In this document: in pieces, positions 26,476 through 40,245 of the stretch | Layout of the letters: each line of letters opens with the position of its first letter | Numbering within the stretch: position 1 is the first letter of the stretch | NCBI RefSeq assembly: GCF_018977255.1 | Contig: NW_024704743.1 | Coordinates: forward strand, 51,524,001 to 51,588,000 | Direction: 5' to 3' | DNA from: Callorhinchus milii | Lineage: Eukaryota | DNA: 64,000 nt | Made by a program: the position numbers and the translations under genes | Notes under the pieces: model-generated | The model's input: only the letters and a program-made list of their open reading frames with translations | The model's database searches: none | Told to the model about the DNA's origin: nothing

Positions 26476-27234
26476 CCCACTTTGTTTCCAATAGAAAGTA
26501 AAGTTCCCTTGTCTTACTCACATTGCCTTTTGTTACACACAGTCAAGTAACCAGCTGGCCAGGAGAATTGGCTGTGAGAGAATCAGAGGTTGGTAATGGT
26601 GAGTGCAGGTGAATGCTTAAGGTTGTGGTTAATTAAGAAATTAGTAACAAATGTATGAGTATTCCTTAAGGCAATTCCTTATCTTAATTAGCACAAGAAG
26701 GATTTAAGAAATTCCACAAATTATGCTCCATAGACTGAGTGCTGGGAACCGTGACAAAATTAAAAAGGAGCTAATGAGGAGATCAATAATTTATATTCAA
26801 TGGTATTCAACTCATCCCATCTGCCTCTTCAGGTGGATGTTAAAGATCCCATGTCACTGTTCAAAAAGAGAAAGGAGTTTCCTCCGATCTCAGACACCCA
26901 ACTAACCCCCAAAAATTGCAAAGAAGTAACCAGCTATAAAGCTCAGATGATATAAACTACTCAAGCTTTGCTCTCGTTTTTTATGATTTGAACAATATAA
27001 CCTATGTTTTCTTAAACAGAGGTGAGCCCCATGCGGGTAGTTTTATAGTAAACAATTGTTTTTAGTGGTTGCCATTGTGACCAGCAAAGGAGACAAGCAC
27101 AAGTCATCGAATTATGTGATTTTGAGATAAGCTGCAATTGCAGGTGGCATGAACTGTGATGATATCAGACTTAAATCCACATTGTTTTATACTAGAATAT
27201 TATACCTTCTGTATAATCTACTTTTATAGATTGA

Positions 27235-27560
27235 ATTGAAGTGCTACATTGGTGGCGGTGCCATTCTTTGGATAAGATATTAAACTGAGGTCCTTTCTGC
27301 CCGTAAAATGGACGTTAGAATTCCCATCACTTTATTCAAAAAGAGTTTATCATGGTGTTCAGTACAACAACCCATGGATAAATAGATCATGCGCTCCATG
27401 GATGTCATTGGGAACTTGATGTGTGCAAATTGGCTATGACATTTCCCTACAAATGCATAATCACTCCATTTTCCAACAGTTACCTGTGAAGTGCTTTGAT
27501 CTATTTCAACATTATTGGCACTATATCAAATGCAAGGATTATTATTGTTATTATTATTTT
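27235..27560 (+). mobile_element. Old Deu-domain-type SINE
   Basis: ggtgccattctttggataagatattaaactgaggtcc core; gcactatatcaaatgcaaggattatt tail. Confidence 0.8.
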
Positions 27561-28521
27561 TGGAACAGTTCTTTGCTTATCTGTAAATGAACACAGCTCC
27601 ACATAAAATCAAATCCTGGTTATAAAAGGCACCCACAAAAATGGCCACTTGTCAGCACTCCTGGCACAGGCAGGTCACCACTGACATCACCTCCTTCATC
27701 AAATTGCTTCAGCAGGATTTCCTATGTATGGTACGCACACACAGTGTGCAGGAAGTCATGTCAGCAGCGCTTCCTGTGCATTAGGCAAGACAGCGACCCG
27801 TCAGCAACTAAATTGTACCACGCTTTCCTATATAGTACAGATTCACAGTACACCCCCACTTTAAGCAGACCCATGATGCGTAATAATGGGGTCATCCTGT
27901 ACTAATATTGGCAGACTGTGAGCTTTGAATGGGAATTTATGACCGCACTCTGCCAAGGTCGGTAAATTTATTGACAAATGGCAAATAATAGGTGCTCCGT
28001 GCTCAGTCAGTAAATTTGCTGACATACAGAGAATAACCTCCAATATGTAATTTACAAGTGAATTCTGAAAAATTCCAGGTGCCAGCACATTCCAGCCTTT
28101 CCTGACAGAAATAGCTAAAGGCAGCCTTTACAATTGAGTCACACAATAGATGATGGTGTATCATACAGGCACACAGGGCGGACAGTAGTGCAATGCATTA
28201 AGTAAGCCTGCTGCCACACTACAGTGCTGGCAGACACATAGTGTAGATCAAATCATGCTCTAATATCACTCTAAGCCCACCACCATACTTATACCCGTAC
28301 GACTCTGGTGGGAGAAATTTACTTTATGATATTCCTGACAGGATAAAATCCATATTGAGTTATCAAACTGAAATGAATGTTATACTGTGAATGGGGAATC
28401 CATGACAAGAGAACATACCAACAACAACTTGTGTTTAGATAGTCAGCGTAGCGTCCCAGAACTTAACTTCCAAATTAGACCTGGAAAGGAGTCCAGAAAA
28501 AAAAATTACCCAAAAAGTTTC

Positions 28522-28695
28522 AGCTTAAAGACCATTTTTGTCTTAAAATATATCATTTTAAAATTATGAAAATTGTTAAATTCAGACTTAATTGAAAAAC
28601 TGCTTTTCCGCAGTTCTTCAAAATTTAGACTGAATTTAGCAATTTTCTGCAATTCTGTGCCATCTGAGATTTTAAGCCAAAATAGTCTTGCAGCT
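28522..28695. repeat. Long imperfect palindrome (fold-back family A)
   Basis: Arms close on tgaaaaactgc-ttttcc-gcagttcttca; ends agcttaaagacca / tagtcttgcagct. Confidence 0.8.
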
Positions 28696-28708
28696 AATTT
28701 TATACCAT

Positions 28709-28800
28709 AAGGAGTAATGTTGTCAGGTGTTTCTTAATCTATTTGTTGTGTTAATTAGCACAAGGAATGGGTTAAGAAAGATATGCAAATTTTACCCCCA
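28709..28800. repeat. Short palindromic MITE-like element (family B)
   Basis: Centre ttgtgttaattagcacaa, flanked by ttcttaa/ttaagaa and ggagtaa/ttacccc; related sequence at 26610-26732. Confidence 0.6.
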
Positions 28801-30004
28801 TATTCTAAGGAGTGTACATTGTGATTTGTTTGTAGTAGTACAAAATTATTGATCGTTGCTGTGAATATCATTCAGGGAAATGTCATCTCTATGATTCACA
28901 TGACTGATGGTTAGCACAATACAATGCCTGAACCCATAGGTCACTCCACTGAAGTAAAGGCAAAATCTTTAGCACTATCGCTAAAGAGCAAAGTCATCGT
29001 TTGTTTTAACATGGGCTCCCTCTAAATTTACTGGACTTTATAGAAAATGAGACAATACTACCATCCATTCTTGTCATCAGCTCCACAGGAGAAGAGTATA
29101 GAGGTCCAATGATATTGCTGCCCTTTGTCATGCACCAAAAAAGTGACAATTTATTTGAACAAAGTCTAGAGTTAGCCCAATGGGTAAAATGTTAAGTTGA
29201 ATGTGCTGCACAGGATTGTTCTTGTTTTCTATCGTTAAAAAAAATTCGATTGTTTGAGCCTAATAAATTCTCTCCGGTGGTTATACAGCCAGAAAAAAAA
29301 GGATTAAAAGGATTACTCCCTGTCTATCCGCCTGCTACACAAACATTTCAGTAACAACTGATAACACTGTCGAAAGAGCTTTTTCTGATATGAAAACTAT
29401 TACGCTAGCTTAACCCAGGAAATTGTAGAAACATTCAGAAACACTTACTTGGGAGATGATGATGCCCTTCACTTTATTTACTCTACTTTTTTAACATTCT
29501 GAATGATTTTGTTCTTTATTTAATAGATTCAAGTATTTGCTCTTTTTTCCTTATGAAATCTCTTGCCTGTTAATGAGACAGTTTTCTGTTCCCACGAACT
29601 GCATATGGTGTAATTCATTACTGTCAAATATCAGATCATCCAAACACAAAGTTCCTTGTCATTTTGAATTTAGCAACGTAATTTTTATTTCTTGCAATTA
29701 AAGAAGGAAGCTATTTGTCTTGTCTTATCATCTCTCTGCAACAACTATTTGGTAAATTTACCATATGTAAAATCAAAGTACAACAAAGAAATGCAACAGG
29801 GTTTGATTAATGCTTTCCCATTGACGACCAAACTCACAATAAACACTTCACAGATTGAAGCTGATCCCCAGTAAATATAAAGTAGGTAATATTTTAAAAG
29901 TACAGCAAATCCTTATTTGCTAACCTGTTCTCCAAACAGCAAATCTATAACTTATCAAAGGCTTTTGATTCAGTGCATTCATTCTTATTCATTTATTTTA
30001 AAGC

Positions 30005-30185
30005 TAAAATTACTGGGTGGAGTTATACACATGTACACTTTCCCCCACAAAAAATATACAGTCTATATATGCTACAGTAAATCCTGTGAAGTGCTTTGAG
30101 ATGTCATCCTGACATTAAGGTGCTGTATCAAATGCAAGCATTATTGTCATTACTCTATTATTATTTTTATTGTTTTTATTATTAT
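30005..30185 (+). mobile_element. SINE 3' half, degenerate
   Basis: cccacaaaaaatatacagtc...gtgaagtgctttgagatgtcatcctgaca...gctgtatcaaatgcaag. Confidence 0.7.
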
Positions 30186-30883
30186 TTAAATAGGAAATCT
30201 GACTTTTGGGGCCATCTAAACTCACATTAAGGAGAGGCATGGGTTAACCTGTGTCCTATTATGCTGTCACCTTGGTTTATCTACAAATATTATTGTGAGT
30301 TTACTTTTCTCTATTGCATTTAGTATCTTTTTTATCTCTATGAGGTCCCATCAGAGACATTTTGTTTCAAACCGGAATAGTTCCAGTTTATCTAGATCTT
30401 TGAAAGCTCATTCCCTCCAACACTGGGGATCAATTGCTCTTCTCTGCTGTGTACTGAACCTCTTGCAGGTGTGAGCCAAGGCTAATTCACTTTCCTGTTT
30501 GATCTATTTTCTCTTTTCCCAACATTTGATAACATTTTATTATCAATAAAATAATTCAATTTAATTAGTTAAGATTTCTTAATTATTACCAACGGTTAGC
30601 CATTGCATGGTGAACTATTTTTAGTCCACACTTATTTCTCATCTTAATTAACATAACACTCTTTTGGTCTCCATATCTAAATTCAACTCTCATCGTGAAT
30701 GTATTTGAATTTTAATAACAAATGGAATTATGATGGATGTATTAAGTAATGTGACCAATAAAACTTATTTTGATTCCATATGTATAGTTCTAGCAGGGAG
30801 TATGTACTGGAATGATGATATACACAAGGGTCAGGTTTAATGCACCTCTCTGATGTCTACAGTCTCTGTAAAACCACCTAGAA

Positions 30884-31055
30884 ATAATAATAATAATCTG
30901 TACATTTGATATAGTGGTTTATCGAGCCATTTGAGATGTCTCAAAGTGCTTCACAAGATATACTGTAAAATGATGTGACTAATGCATTTTGTGGGCAAAT
31001 ATCTCACAAACCCCAATGGAGCTATGAAGAATAACCAATTTTATTTGGGAGATTG
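30884..31055 (-). mobile_element. SINE 3' half
   Basis: (AAT)n followed by catttgatatagtgg...ctcaaagtgcttcaca...tttgtgggcaa. Confidence 0.7.
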
Positions 31056-32670
31056 TTGGCCAAATACACAGTCACTACACTTTACAGGAATTCCTGTCAA
31101 GTGCAAATTATTTTTATTAAACCTGCTTGTTAATCTCCTGAAGATCATGTCAGAACATTGTAAAGTATATTGCATAGAAAGGCCCTGCACAGTTGAAATA
31201 AGGCCAGGCCTGGTGGACTAATGTCATGCAGCAGCTCATTTTCATATTTGTACACTGAGTTTTAATAAATTTTAGAAGAGTTTAGTTTTTAACAATAGGA
31301 TTGCTGAATCAACAATGCCAGCAGAGACAAATCCATCGGAGCTGAATAACTCCTGTCAACAATCTAGGGATTTTGTGCATACTATTTGTATCATAGTTCT
31401 GGTTGCACAAGTTTTATCAGGTGTAGAACCAATCTCATGCAAGATGCTCCCACAGAGAGATCTAGGATTCTCTTAAATTACTTTGTCCAGGTAGAAGGTC
31501 TCATAAAAACTGTTTCTTCAACACACGGGAATCACCTTTGTTAAAGCATTGGTTCAATTGACCAGTAAGTGTGTTGGTCACTCAAGAGCTATCAGCAGCA
31601 ATAGCTTATGTATATGCTCATCTTATGCTTGTTCACCTTTCACATTTCTGACTGTCTAACAATCCAAAGGTGCATTAAATTGCAAGTAAGGACAACAACT
31701 ATTCTAAAAGAATTACACGTGTATGTACTAAGCTCAACTGATGTGGGGATGTGCTATGTAGTTGCCATGGCTTGACATGGAGTTTGTTTGGCAGATGGTG
31801 CTGTTAGCTTTTATTTTTTCATGCATACAACAGCAATTTTCTTTTGTTGTTCACAAATGTACAGGTTCATGTATTATCAATGGACTAAAAGCATGCAGCA
31901 CAAGAGGATTATATCAGAGGAGCTGAACTTTGTAAATAACTACCAGTAGCTGTGTAAATGTGATTTTTCTGACATAAATAACAGAAACATATGGCCTGAG
32001 ACAGGAAATGGGTGATACCTGGATAGATTAATATCCTGCTAGACAACTGACTGTATTTATGACATGATGTTATCTGACAGTGGAAGACAAGAGAGGCACA
32101 ACTAATGACTTTTTCATGAACTTGCTGAAAAAAGCCATTTGACCAGACAAAGATCTGTACAGCTGACCAATTTCTTACCTTTTTTTTAGAACCAAAGTAT
32201 TTTAAATGATAGACAAACTAGAAAGGTATATTTTAGTACCAGTGGTTTGGAGTGAGTGCTTTATTTCCTGTTGTGTAAATGGAGAGATTGAGGGGTCTAA
32301 TTTGCAGTATTTCTTAACAGGTTTCTTAATACAAAATTGTACCTTAATAGATATCAGTCTGTCTCAGTTGGTAGCACTTTTGCCTTTGATGTGGTGGAGT
32401 GGGGGGCAAAGAGTCTCCTCACAGCTGAACTGGCTTCAAGGTGACATGTTTGACAATGGAATTTTGTTTGTGGCGGTCTCGGTAGTCCAGTTCCTGAGCC
32501 AGGCGGGTCCGCAGTACTCTAGGGACCTGGTGATGACAGCCCAGCCAGTTTGGATCATCACCATGACATGTAAGGGCAGGCCAGTCACTGGGGGTGAGGA
32601 CTCTTCCCACTCAGCTCCTGTTAACCCTACAAGCCAAATCCCTAATGGGTAGAGTGGTATTACTTCGTAC

Positions 32671-33111
32671 ACCGATTATTCTAGTCCTTGCCAAACTCCA
32701 TTGGCTCCTTGTCACAGAGTGGATCGACTTCAAAATCCTCACTGTAGTGTTTCAATCCCTCCATTCCTTGGCAACCCCCAATCTCTCTAACCTCCTCTCT
32801 CCCCACAGCAGTACTCACTGCCTCCACTCTACTGGGTCCGACCTTCTCCGTGTCCCCCGAATCCTCCTCTCCACCATCGGTGGCCATGCCTTCAGCCGCT
32901 AAGCCCTGAAACTTTGGAACTCCCTCCCTCAACCTCTTTGCTCGCCCCCTCCCTCCCCATCTTCAGGTCGTGCCTGAAGACCTTCCTTTTCGACCATGCC
33001 TATGGTCACCTTCCCCCTCCCCCCGGCTCGGCCTTGGGCTCCACCATTGTTAAGCGCTCTAAGATGCTGCCTGGCTTGGAGGGTGCTATATAAATGCAAG
33101 TGTTGTTGTTG
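32671..33111 (+). mobile_element. L2 3' fragment with a 7-bp target-site duplication
   Basis: Encodes LAKLHWL...IDFKIL...TIGGHAFS, ends in (TTG)n, and is flanked by ttcgtac at 32664-32670 and 33112-33118. Confidence 0.92.
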
Positions 33112-33439
33112 TTCGTACTTGCTGGACAAGCAGCGGGAAAACTTGCCAGACAGCAACATCAATGGCAAGCTATGCAGTTTTAGTTGGTTAGACTTGTACA
33201 GTACCCCAACTCACACTCTGGATTCCCAAGCCCTGACACTTGCCAACCTCAGCCTAATATTGACTGGAATTAGGTAAGCAGGTTGTGTTCCTCCAGGGAG
33301 AGAGTGTGCATTCCATTCTAATAAACATCACTGGAATTTTCATGTGTAGGTGGGATGCGTAGAACTCTCAATTTGGTTTGGATATTATTAAGGAAGGTAA
33401 TGGGTTTCCACATGCATCAGACACTCAGATGCCAAAAAA

Positions 33440-33690
33440 AAACTTAGAAGTTTGTGGGTTCATCAAATGTAACACTGGGCAAGTACTACATTGTTGGAGG
33501 AGCTATACCTCGGAAATTAAACCAAGGTCCTCTCTACATGTTCAGGTAGATGTCATAAAGATTCCATTACACAATTGAAAAAGATAAGGGAATTTTTCTT
33601 CATGTCCTGGCTAAAATTCCCCCAGATAAAACATTGCTTAGTCACTTCACCACTATTTGTGGGACACAGTTGTATGCACTTTGACAGCTA
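33440..33690 (+). mobile_element. Old Deu-domain-type SINE
   Basis: agaagtttgtgggttca...ttaaaccaaggtcc...ttcaggtagatgtcataaagattcca...ctatttgtgggaca. Confidence 0.7.
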
Positions 33691-33704
33691 CACCATATAT
33701 AGAC

Positions 33705-33850
33705 CAGTGGTGGCCAATCTGTGGCCTGGGGGCCGGAAATGGCCCTCGGGGCCGCCAAGAAGCACAATTTATTCATGGCATAAATCAAGAAATATTCAAT
33801 CAACAAAATTTATTTTGTTGGTGCACCATAAAGGTTGGTCGAAAAATGAA
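33705..33850. mobile_element. hAT-Charlie-like transposon end
   Basis: cagtggtggccaatctgtggcc...gggccggaaatggccc is preceded by atatagac; a similar end occurs at 45802-45870. The right boundary is uncertain. Confidence 0.6.
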
Positions 33851-35149
33851 GCATGAGGAATGCCTGCTTCTGCACATTTAATGTCTTAGAAATGAAATAA
33901 TTACAAATTTCATATAAAGACATTTCTTAAGAAATACCAGAATATTTACCCCAAAGTTTTCAGCAAGTACACATGAAACTAATGCACACATTTATTGAAG
34001 AGTGAACAGAAAAGATTTTGTAGAACAGGCCAGTCTGACTAAATGTTTTGTAATTCACTTGAGGTGTGATATTCTGAAAGTTAGTAATCTAAGAGGAGAT
34101 AGGCCCCATAGGGAATAGTTGTTTATCCCATGAGTGAGCTGTATAAATCCATCCATGCCATACTCAGCGATTCACTGTAGAGTGTTCTCTCTACACCACA
34201 ATAATGCGTTAGAAGTTTATTTTAGTTACGCCAATTGTATTGCCATATGAACAATTCCAAACACATAAGCCATTTAGATAGTTCCATCCTTTCTTGAGAG
34301 GCTGCTTTCATCTCTCTTCAGAAGCAAAATTAGAGTTAGAAATTGTGTGCTGGCAACAATCATTTATTTTAATAATATTGCAGAGCTTGGTTAAACTTCA
34401 AGCTCCTGCTGGATTTTTTGGCATTTTAGTGTAAGAATATAAACACATCTTGTCAGTCCCAGTAAGTGGTTTTAACATGAAATGATGACCACAGTCACAT
34501 GCTCCTTGATTAACTTCTTCCCAAACTGCCAATTAAAAGAATATGCCTTTTAGCGGGAATTAATCACAGAGATAGAGATTTAAGCTAAAGCGAAGACAAA
34601 TGATGTATTAAAATATACCATTTTCAGGATAGTAATGGAAGTCCTATACTCAATAATGCAATTAACTAGGAAATTAATCTCAGCTACTGATCGAGAAACA
34701 ATTATACAAATGAGAAAATGATCAACAACAAAAAAATTATACAATACTGCATGAACGCCATGTAAATGACAATGTGCATAAAGTTACACCTTCATGCCTC
34801 TAATGTTTTCTGAACAGTGCTGTACAGACTGATGTATAGTATAATGGTTTTAGCCAAAACAGAAGGCAGAAATGCGGCATGTATAGCAAGGTTTTGAAAC
34901 GCCTGGTTGAAAAAAAGCATGAGAAAGTGCTGTTGAGTTATTGCAGATACTTTAATAAATCCAAAAGTTTCCAAAATGTGTTATTTGCACACTATATTTG
35001 TTGCACTAATTGAGAGGACTGGTTTATAAATATAATACTGTCAAAATGATTATGTAAATCCAAATTCCAAAATGCAAAGACATGTGAATTATATACACTA
35101 TAATTTGAAAAATATTTTTTAATATATAAAATATATTATATAATGCTAC

Positions 35150-35365
35150 ATTAAATACATTTGCTATAGCACCTTTCATATCAAGAGGAGGACTAAAAGT
35201 GCTTGACAGGACTTTTTACGATAAAATTTGCTGACTGTGCATTCTGAAGGTGACTGCGACAGTCTATTTGCGCACAGCAATGTCCTACAAACAACCATTA
35301 AGTGAGTAACTAATTTTATCTTGGACTGGGACACTGTGAGAAACTCCCTTATCTTTTTCTATAGT
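35150..35365 (-). mobile_element. Old SINE, 3' half
   Basis: catttgctatagcacctttca...atttgcgcacagcaatgtcctacaaaca...gagaaactccc. Confidence 0.7.
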
Positions 35366-36619
35366 GTCAATCCATAACTCCTTATTGTGCTGGAAGCAAG
35401 TTTGCTTAACCCAAATGCCAAAAGCATCTCATTTGGTCAATTGGTGTCTTAATTATCATCTGGTAATGTGTGATTCCAAGTTGGGGGGAGACCACTCGCA
35501 CAGACTAGTCAACAATTAAGATATCAACTGGCTGCATTTTTCAACAATGTTAGTTGACACATCAAAGGTTGCAATTTTCACCCCAAATCCAATGTACTTT
35601 TTCGCTCTGCTCTCCTACAGGTTTTTAAGCTCATCTATTCCCTACCTTAATACAAAGCAAGAAATATCAGCTGCTCAATGCATTGGTTAACTTTATACTC
35701 GAGAGTGTTCCTGGCTTGCCCCATAAGTAGATCATTCTTTAACTACTTCATCTCTTTCCATACACTTCTAATGCACTGGATTTCTTTCAGACTGAGTGCT
35801 TTCCCTCAAATCTCTGAATATCTTGTGATGTGGATTGTTCCGAGTGAAACAACCTGCCTTCTCTTGTAAAAACCCTGTGGGCTGCTCATTGTCAATTTAA
35901 GTTGTATATTAATAGCAGTGCTAGTTGTGTGCACAGCTGTGTTACAATTGAGGGACCTAAATAAGCATAAAAGCCACCAGAGTCTTCCCATTTATCACAG
36001 CCTTCTGACAGAACCTCTGACAGACTCCTGTGCTACTGTACCACACTATGTGCCTGGATAGTCCAGGATCCATTATTCCCAGACCAGTGAATGTTTTAAA
36101 TGCTGCAATAATTAATGAAACATTTGAAACTTATTTTCCTCTTCTATTAACTTCACATACAAGTGCGCTGAGAAGCAAAAGCAACACCAACTACTTTTGA
36201 TGACAGATTTTAGCAATGAAGAATTCTACCACATTTTTCTCCTTCTTTCTAAAATAAATGTTACAGTATAAATCAGATTTGGCACTAGCCAATAATGCAT
36301 AGATTTGTATCTTCCATTCAAAGATGAATATCTTTTTCGCATGTAGACACATCATTTTCAGAGAGAGATTTAGTAACTTAAATGTGTGTTAATTTTATGC
36401 TTCAAGGTGTAAGATACCATACTACACTAGTTTCCACATGGAAGTCAACAACACTTTCATATCATATTCTTTGAAACGCAGAGTCAAAGGCCATATCTCA
36501 AGGCCACATTCAATTATGGTGATGCTCCTTCACAGTCAAATGCCAATGCTGGAGGGATAAAGTCATTCACCAAATCACAAATTGCTATCTGGCATGCTGT
36601 TAAACATTCTCAAGTTGAC

Positions 36620-36805
36620 TGACTAATTATTTCTAGGGAACTATTGGGCCAGGCCACTGGGAGAAACTCCCTTCTCCTTTTGAATAGTATCTTTAATGTA
36701 CGTCTACCTGGATGATCCCTCGGTATAACATCTCACCTGAAAATCAGCACCTCCAACAATGTAGCGCACACCCAGTTCTGCACTGGAGTGTAATTCTGAC
36801 CTACA
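36620..36805 (-). mobile_element. Old Deu-domain-type SINE core
   Basis: ggccaggccactgggagaaactccc...cctcggtataacatctcacctgaaa...cacctccaacaatgtagc...tgcactggagtgt is the reverse complement of the core. Confidence 0.75.
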
Positions 36806-36897
36806 TGAGTCTATATGGATCACTTTGTCTGACACCTACTTTATTTATAGGTTTCATTAAATGCTACAACACAACATTTACAAGTCTTCCAAATATT

Positions 36898-37037
36898 GAG
36901 GTGAAAATTGCAACCTTTAATGTGTTAATGAAACTGGTGTCATGAGAGGGAGGCAGAGGGCACACCAGCAGAGCCGTCAATAAATTAAGGCATTACTATG
37001 TGTTAATTAACACATTACAAGTTGTAATTTTCACTTC
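36898..37037. mobile_element. MITE-like element with about 32-bp terminal inverted repeats
   Basis: Left gaggtgaaaattgcaacctttaatgtgttaat versus right rc gaagtgaaaattacaacttgtaatgtgttaat; the same terminus occurs at 35565-35584. Confidence 0.75.
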
Positions 37038-40000
37038 TAAGTGAATTTACCATGTTGAGTGTATAACATTCCACAATAATGTGAATATGAGGCTTTTCTT
37101 CTAAGGGTTTCAGATGACACCATAAACCACAGGGGAGAAAGCTCAAGCAATATATAAACATATCACCTCAAACCTTGCAATTGGATTGCAGCCTGCACCT
37201 CCCACTCGGCTATCTGTTGTGTTCATTACACTCTCAGTGGAATCTGATCATTCACAAAAAGGTATTACAATTCCGAACAACATAATTGCAATTACTCATA
37301 GTATTGCATGCTGACAAGAGTATTACAAAGTTTTTGGATTTTTTCTAGCAGGTTTCCAAGTTTATTCAAAAAACAGTGTAAATGATATTTATTTCTAATC
37401 AATACTAGTGTTTTGAAAAATTGACACAGGCGATTCCTGAGTGGGTTGGGTGAAGCCCAAGAAAGGATTGTTTCTTTATAGTTTGTAGAGGAAGATGGTT
37501 TGATGAGTCTAATTGCTTTTTCTTATTTCATACTTTCTTCTGTTCTGGCTCTGTGTTTTTTAGAGAAGGAATTGTAAAAGTACTGTCAGACTAAATAGTT
37601 GTTAGTCCAAATGGTCAATATTCACCTCTGTTTATAAAGTTCTACATTTATGCTCTTGCTGGTTTGCAGAGGAATTTTGGCTCCTTCCTTTATTGAACAC
37701 TCAGAACGCTTCAACATCCCAGAAGTGTTCTTTGGCTAACAATTCACTTGCATATAAATTATTGCCCTGCCTTTCTTTCATGATGCAGTGTTTCCATTTA
37801 TTTTGTTCCTAAAGTGGGTCCCTGATTATGTTCATTAAATGAATTCAGCCATGCCCCTCCAACATATTATTACTGTAGTAATGAATGCTGTAAATAAGTA
37901 CTGTGAGTGGCTACAGAACACAGTAGCTCTGTTTTAAATGGAGATAAATAACAGAATGCTAAGTAATTGGACGCAGCTCATACATTACACATAATTATAC
38001 GTTTAACATTTTACATCTGATTAAACAATCCTTCACCTTGGTAATGCTAATTGAGCTGCACCCAGCAGCTAGTTTGTTTTCTAAAGACTTTGAGAGACTG
38101 TTAAAGCTACAGGAGGCTCCACTTTCTCATGAATGCTGTTAATTAATACTGATCGTGGAGATTCATATTCTGTATATAAAAGTTGTCATTATCCTTAGTG
38201 CATTTCGCAGGGACGCCAGCATGATTTGCCTTCAAAGCTATACCCAAATGTTACAAAGATGAAGCTGAGATCAAAGCTGCAAAGTTGAAGGCCTTAAAAG
38301 CTTCAGGAGCCACATATAATATAATTTCAATTAGCTATACTGTCTTGTGACTCAGTATGGGGTGAACCTTCCTGCCCTAAGAAAATCCCATTTCAAGGAA
38401 GTTAAAGCACTAAAAAGGCTTACAGTGAAAATATTCAATAAAACTTTATGGCTAATGCTTTTATCAATGATAAATATTAAATGCCACCTAATTACTCTCT
38501 TTATCGAGGCAACTCAAGAATACACTCTCTGCATTGTAGAGGGAGGGGAAAATCACTTGGTTTTAATGCTTCAACATGGACGATAGAAATAAAAAAAAGT
38601 TGACAAGAGTACAAAAAAAGATCAAGGCGAGCTTCAAAACCAATTAAATCCAGATTTAAAAAGTTAAGCTGCTGAGTATCAATTAAAACTGCACTAAGTG
38701 AAATCACTGACAGCATAAAGAAACCAATAATATGAGAGCAAGCAGAGCTGTGCCAAGATGTCTCAGAGTTTATAGGCTGTTCATTGGCAAGTGCTTATGA
38801 ATTGTTTAATCTTCTACTCTAACCAGCACATGAATGCTGTAGTCCTGTATGCTTTGTACCAAACCCTTATCTTTATTGTCAATTGCATCATGTAGCTAAC
38901 CAAGCACACAAACTGTTGATTAAAACCAAACAAATTAATTATTATTAATTTACTTTTTCTGGTCAAGATCATCATTATGATAATAATTATGATAATCTGC
39001 ATTTGCCATCGCTCCCATGGCATCTTGACCAAAACTGCTCCGGATTAATTGATCTTTCTTCATTCATTTCATTACTCTTGATGGCTTAGTGCTGTACTCA
39101 TATTGATTACAACATTTGCCCACAAATACACACTGCACTCGACAGAAATTACCCATGACGCACTTTGCAATGCTTTAACATTATTGCTGCAATAGCAATT
39201 GTAAGGATTATTATTAATGTTGAAATGTGTCAAAGTGCTTCACAGGTAATTACTGACAATTGTAATGACTGCGTATTTGCAAAAAGTCATTTACCAGATA
39301 GAGCTGCGTCAATTCCTACCACTGTGCTAGATTGAGCAGTTATATTATCTTCCTCGTTATATTTTATAGTCAGTCACAAATAGAGTAACAAGATGCCATG
39401 TTCTGAAATGTAAGCCTCCTGTCTGGGCAGTTGTGGGAAGTTTATTATGATGTAAAAGGAGAAAATTATACAGCAGGTGCTGTTGGGAGAGGAGGTTGAT
39501 TAAGATAAGTGCAGTGTTGGCTGGAGTCATTTACTTATTTGCATGCACAAGCATTTTATAAAAGCTTTCTTTGACTGCAGCATACTTCACTTGCTTTAAA
39601 ACATACACATCTTTCATTTACCTGCCTGAGGAGACAGATAGTCTGTTTCACTTACTCATATGATCCACATATCTTTCATACAGGCATGTAGATGCAACAG
39701 TCATCTCATAACTGCCCCCTCACAAAAAATTCAGAAATGACAACATCCTCATTTTATATTGTGTCAGATGGGCTCACTTTTACAGGAGACGAAGTGGAAG
39801 TTATGTCCTGGATGAAACGTAATGTGGGAGCTCTAAGCAACCTGGGGGATGGAGGAAGTCTTGGGGGAAAATAAAATCACTTTGTGAGGAATGGTGACAA
39901 TTTGCCAGTCCAGAAAGTAGTACCTTACAATGGGGTAAAGAAAAATGGCACTCCACATGCCTGAGATATCATAGAATTTTATGACAGCAGTGAATCTCCT

Positions 40001-40104
40001 GTTTAGAACTTTGTGGACTACTTCTGTCTTATGTTCTCCCATTCAATCTTCTCCACACCGATTGATTTAACTTTTCTCTATCTCTCTCCTTCTCTTTCAT
40101 TAAT

Positions 40105-40245
40105 GCAAGAAGAACTTAGGAATTATTTCACCTAGAGAGTTGTTGGGATGTGGAATGCCCTGCTGAGTTGAGTGGTTATAGTTATAGCTTTCAAGAGGAG
40201 TATGAAGGAGAAAGATTTGAAGGACTATGGTGATAAAGTGGGTCA
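40105..40245 (+). mobile_element. CR1 fragment
   Basis: ttaggaattatttcacctagagagttgttgggatgtggaatgccctgc resembles 59468-59520. Confidence 0.7.

Noticed and set aside
32206..32652. 148-aa ORF
   Set aside because: It spans AT-rich flank, a SINE stub and the GC-rich element, with no recognisable domain or splice support.
35590..35700. Strong plus-strand acceptor (ctctgctctcctacag) near 35620
   Set aside because: The following frames close quickly, and I found no convincing donor or recognisable peptide.
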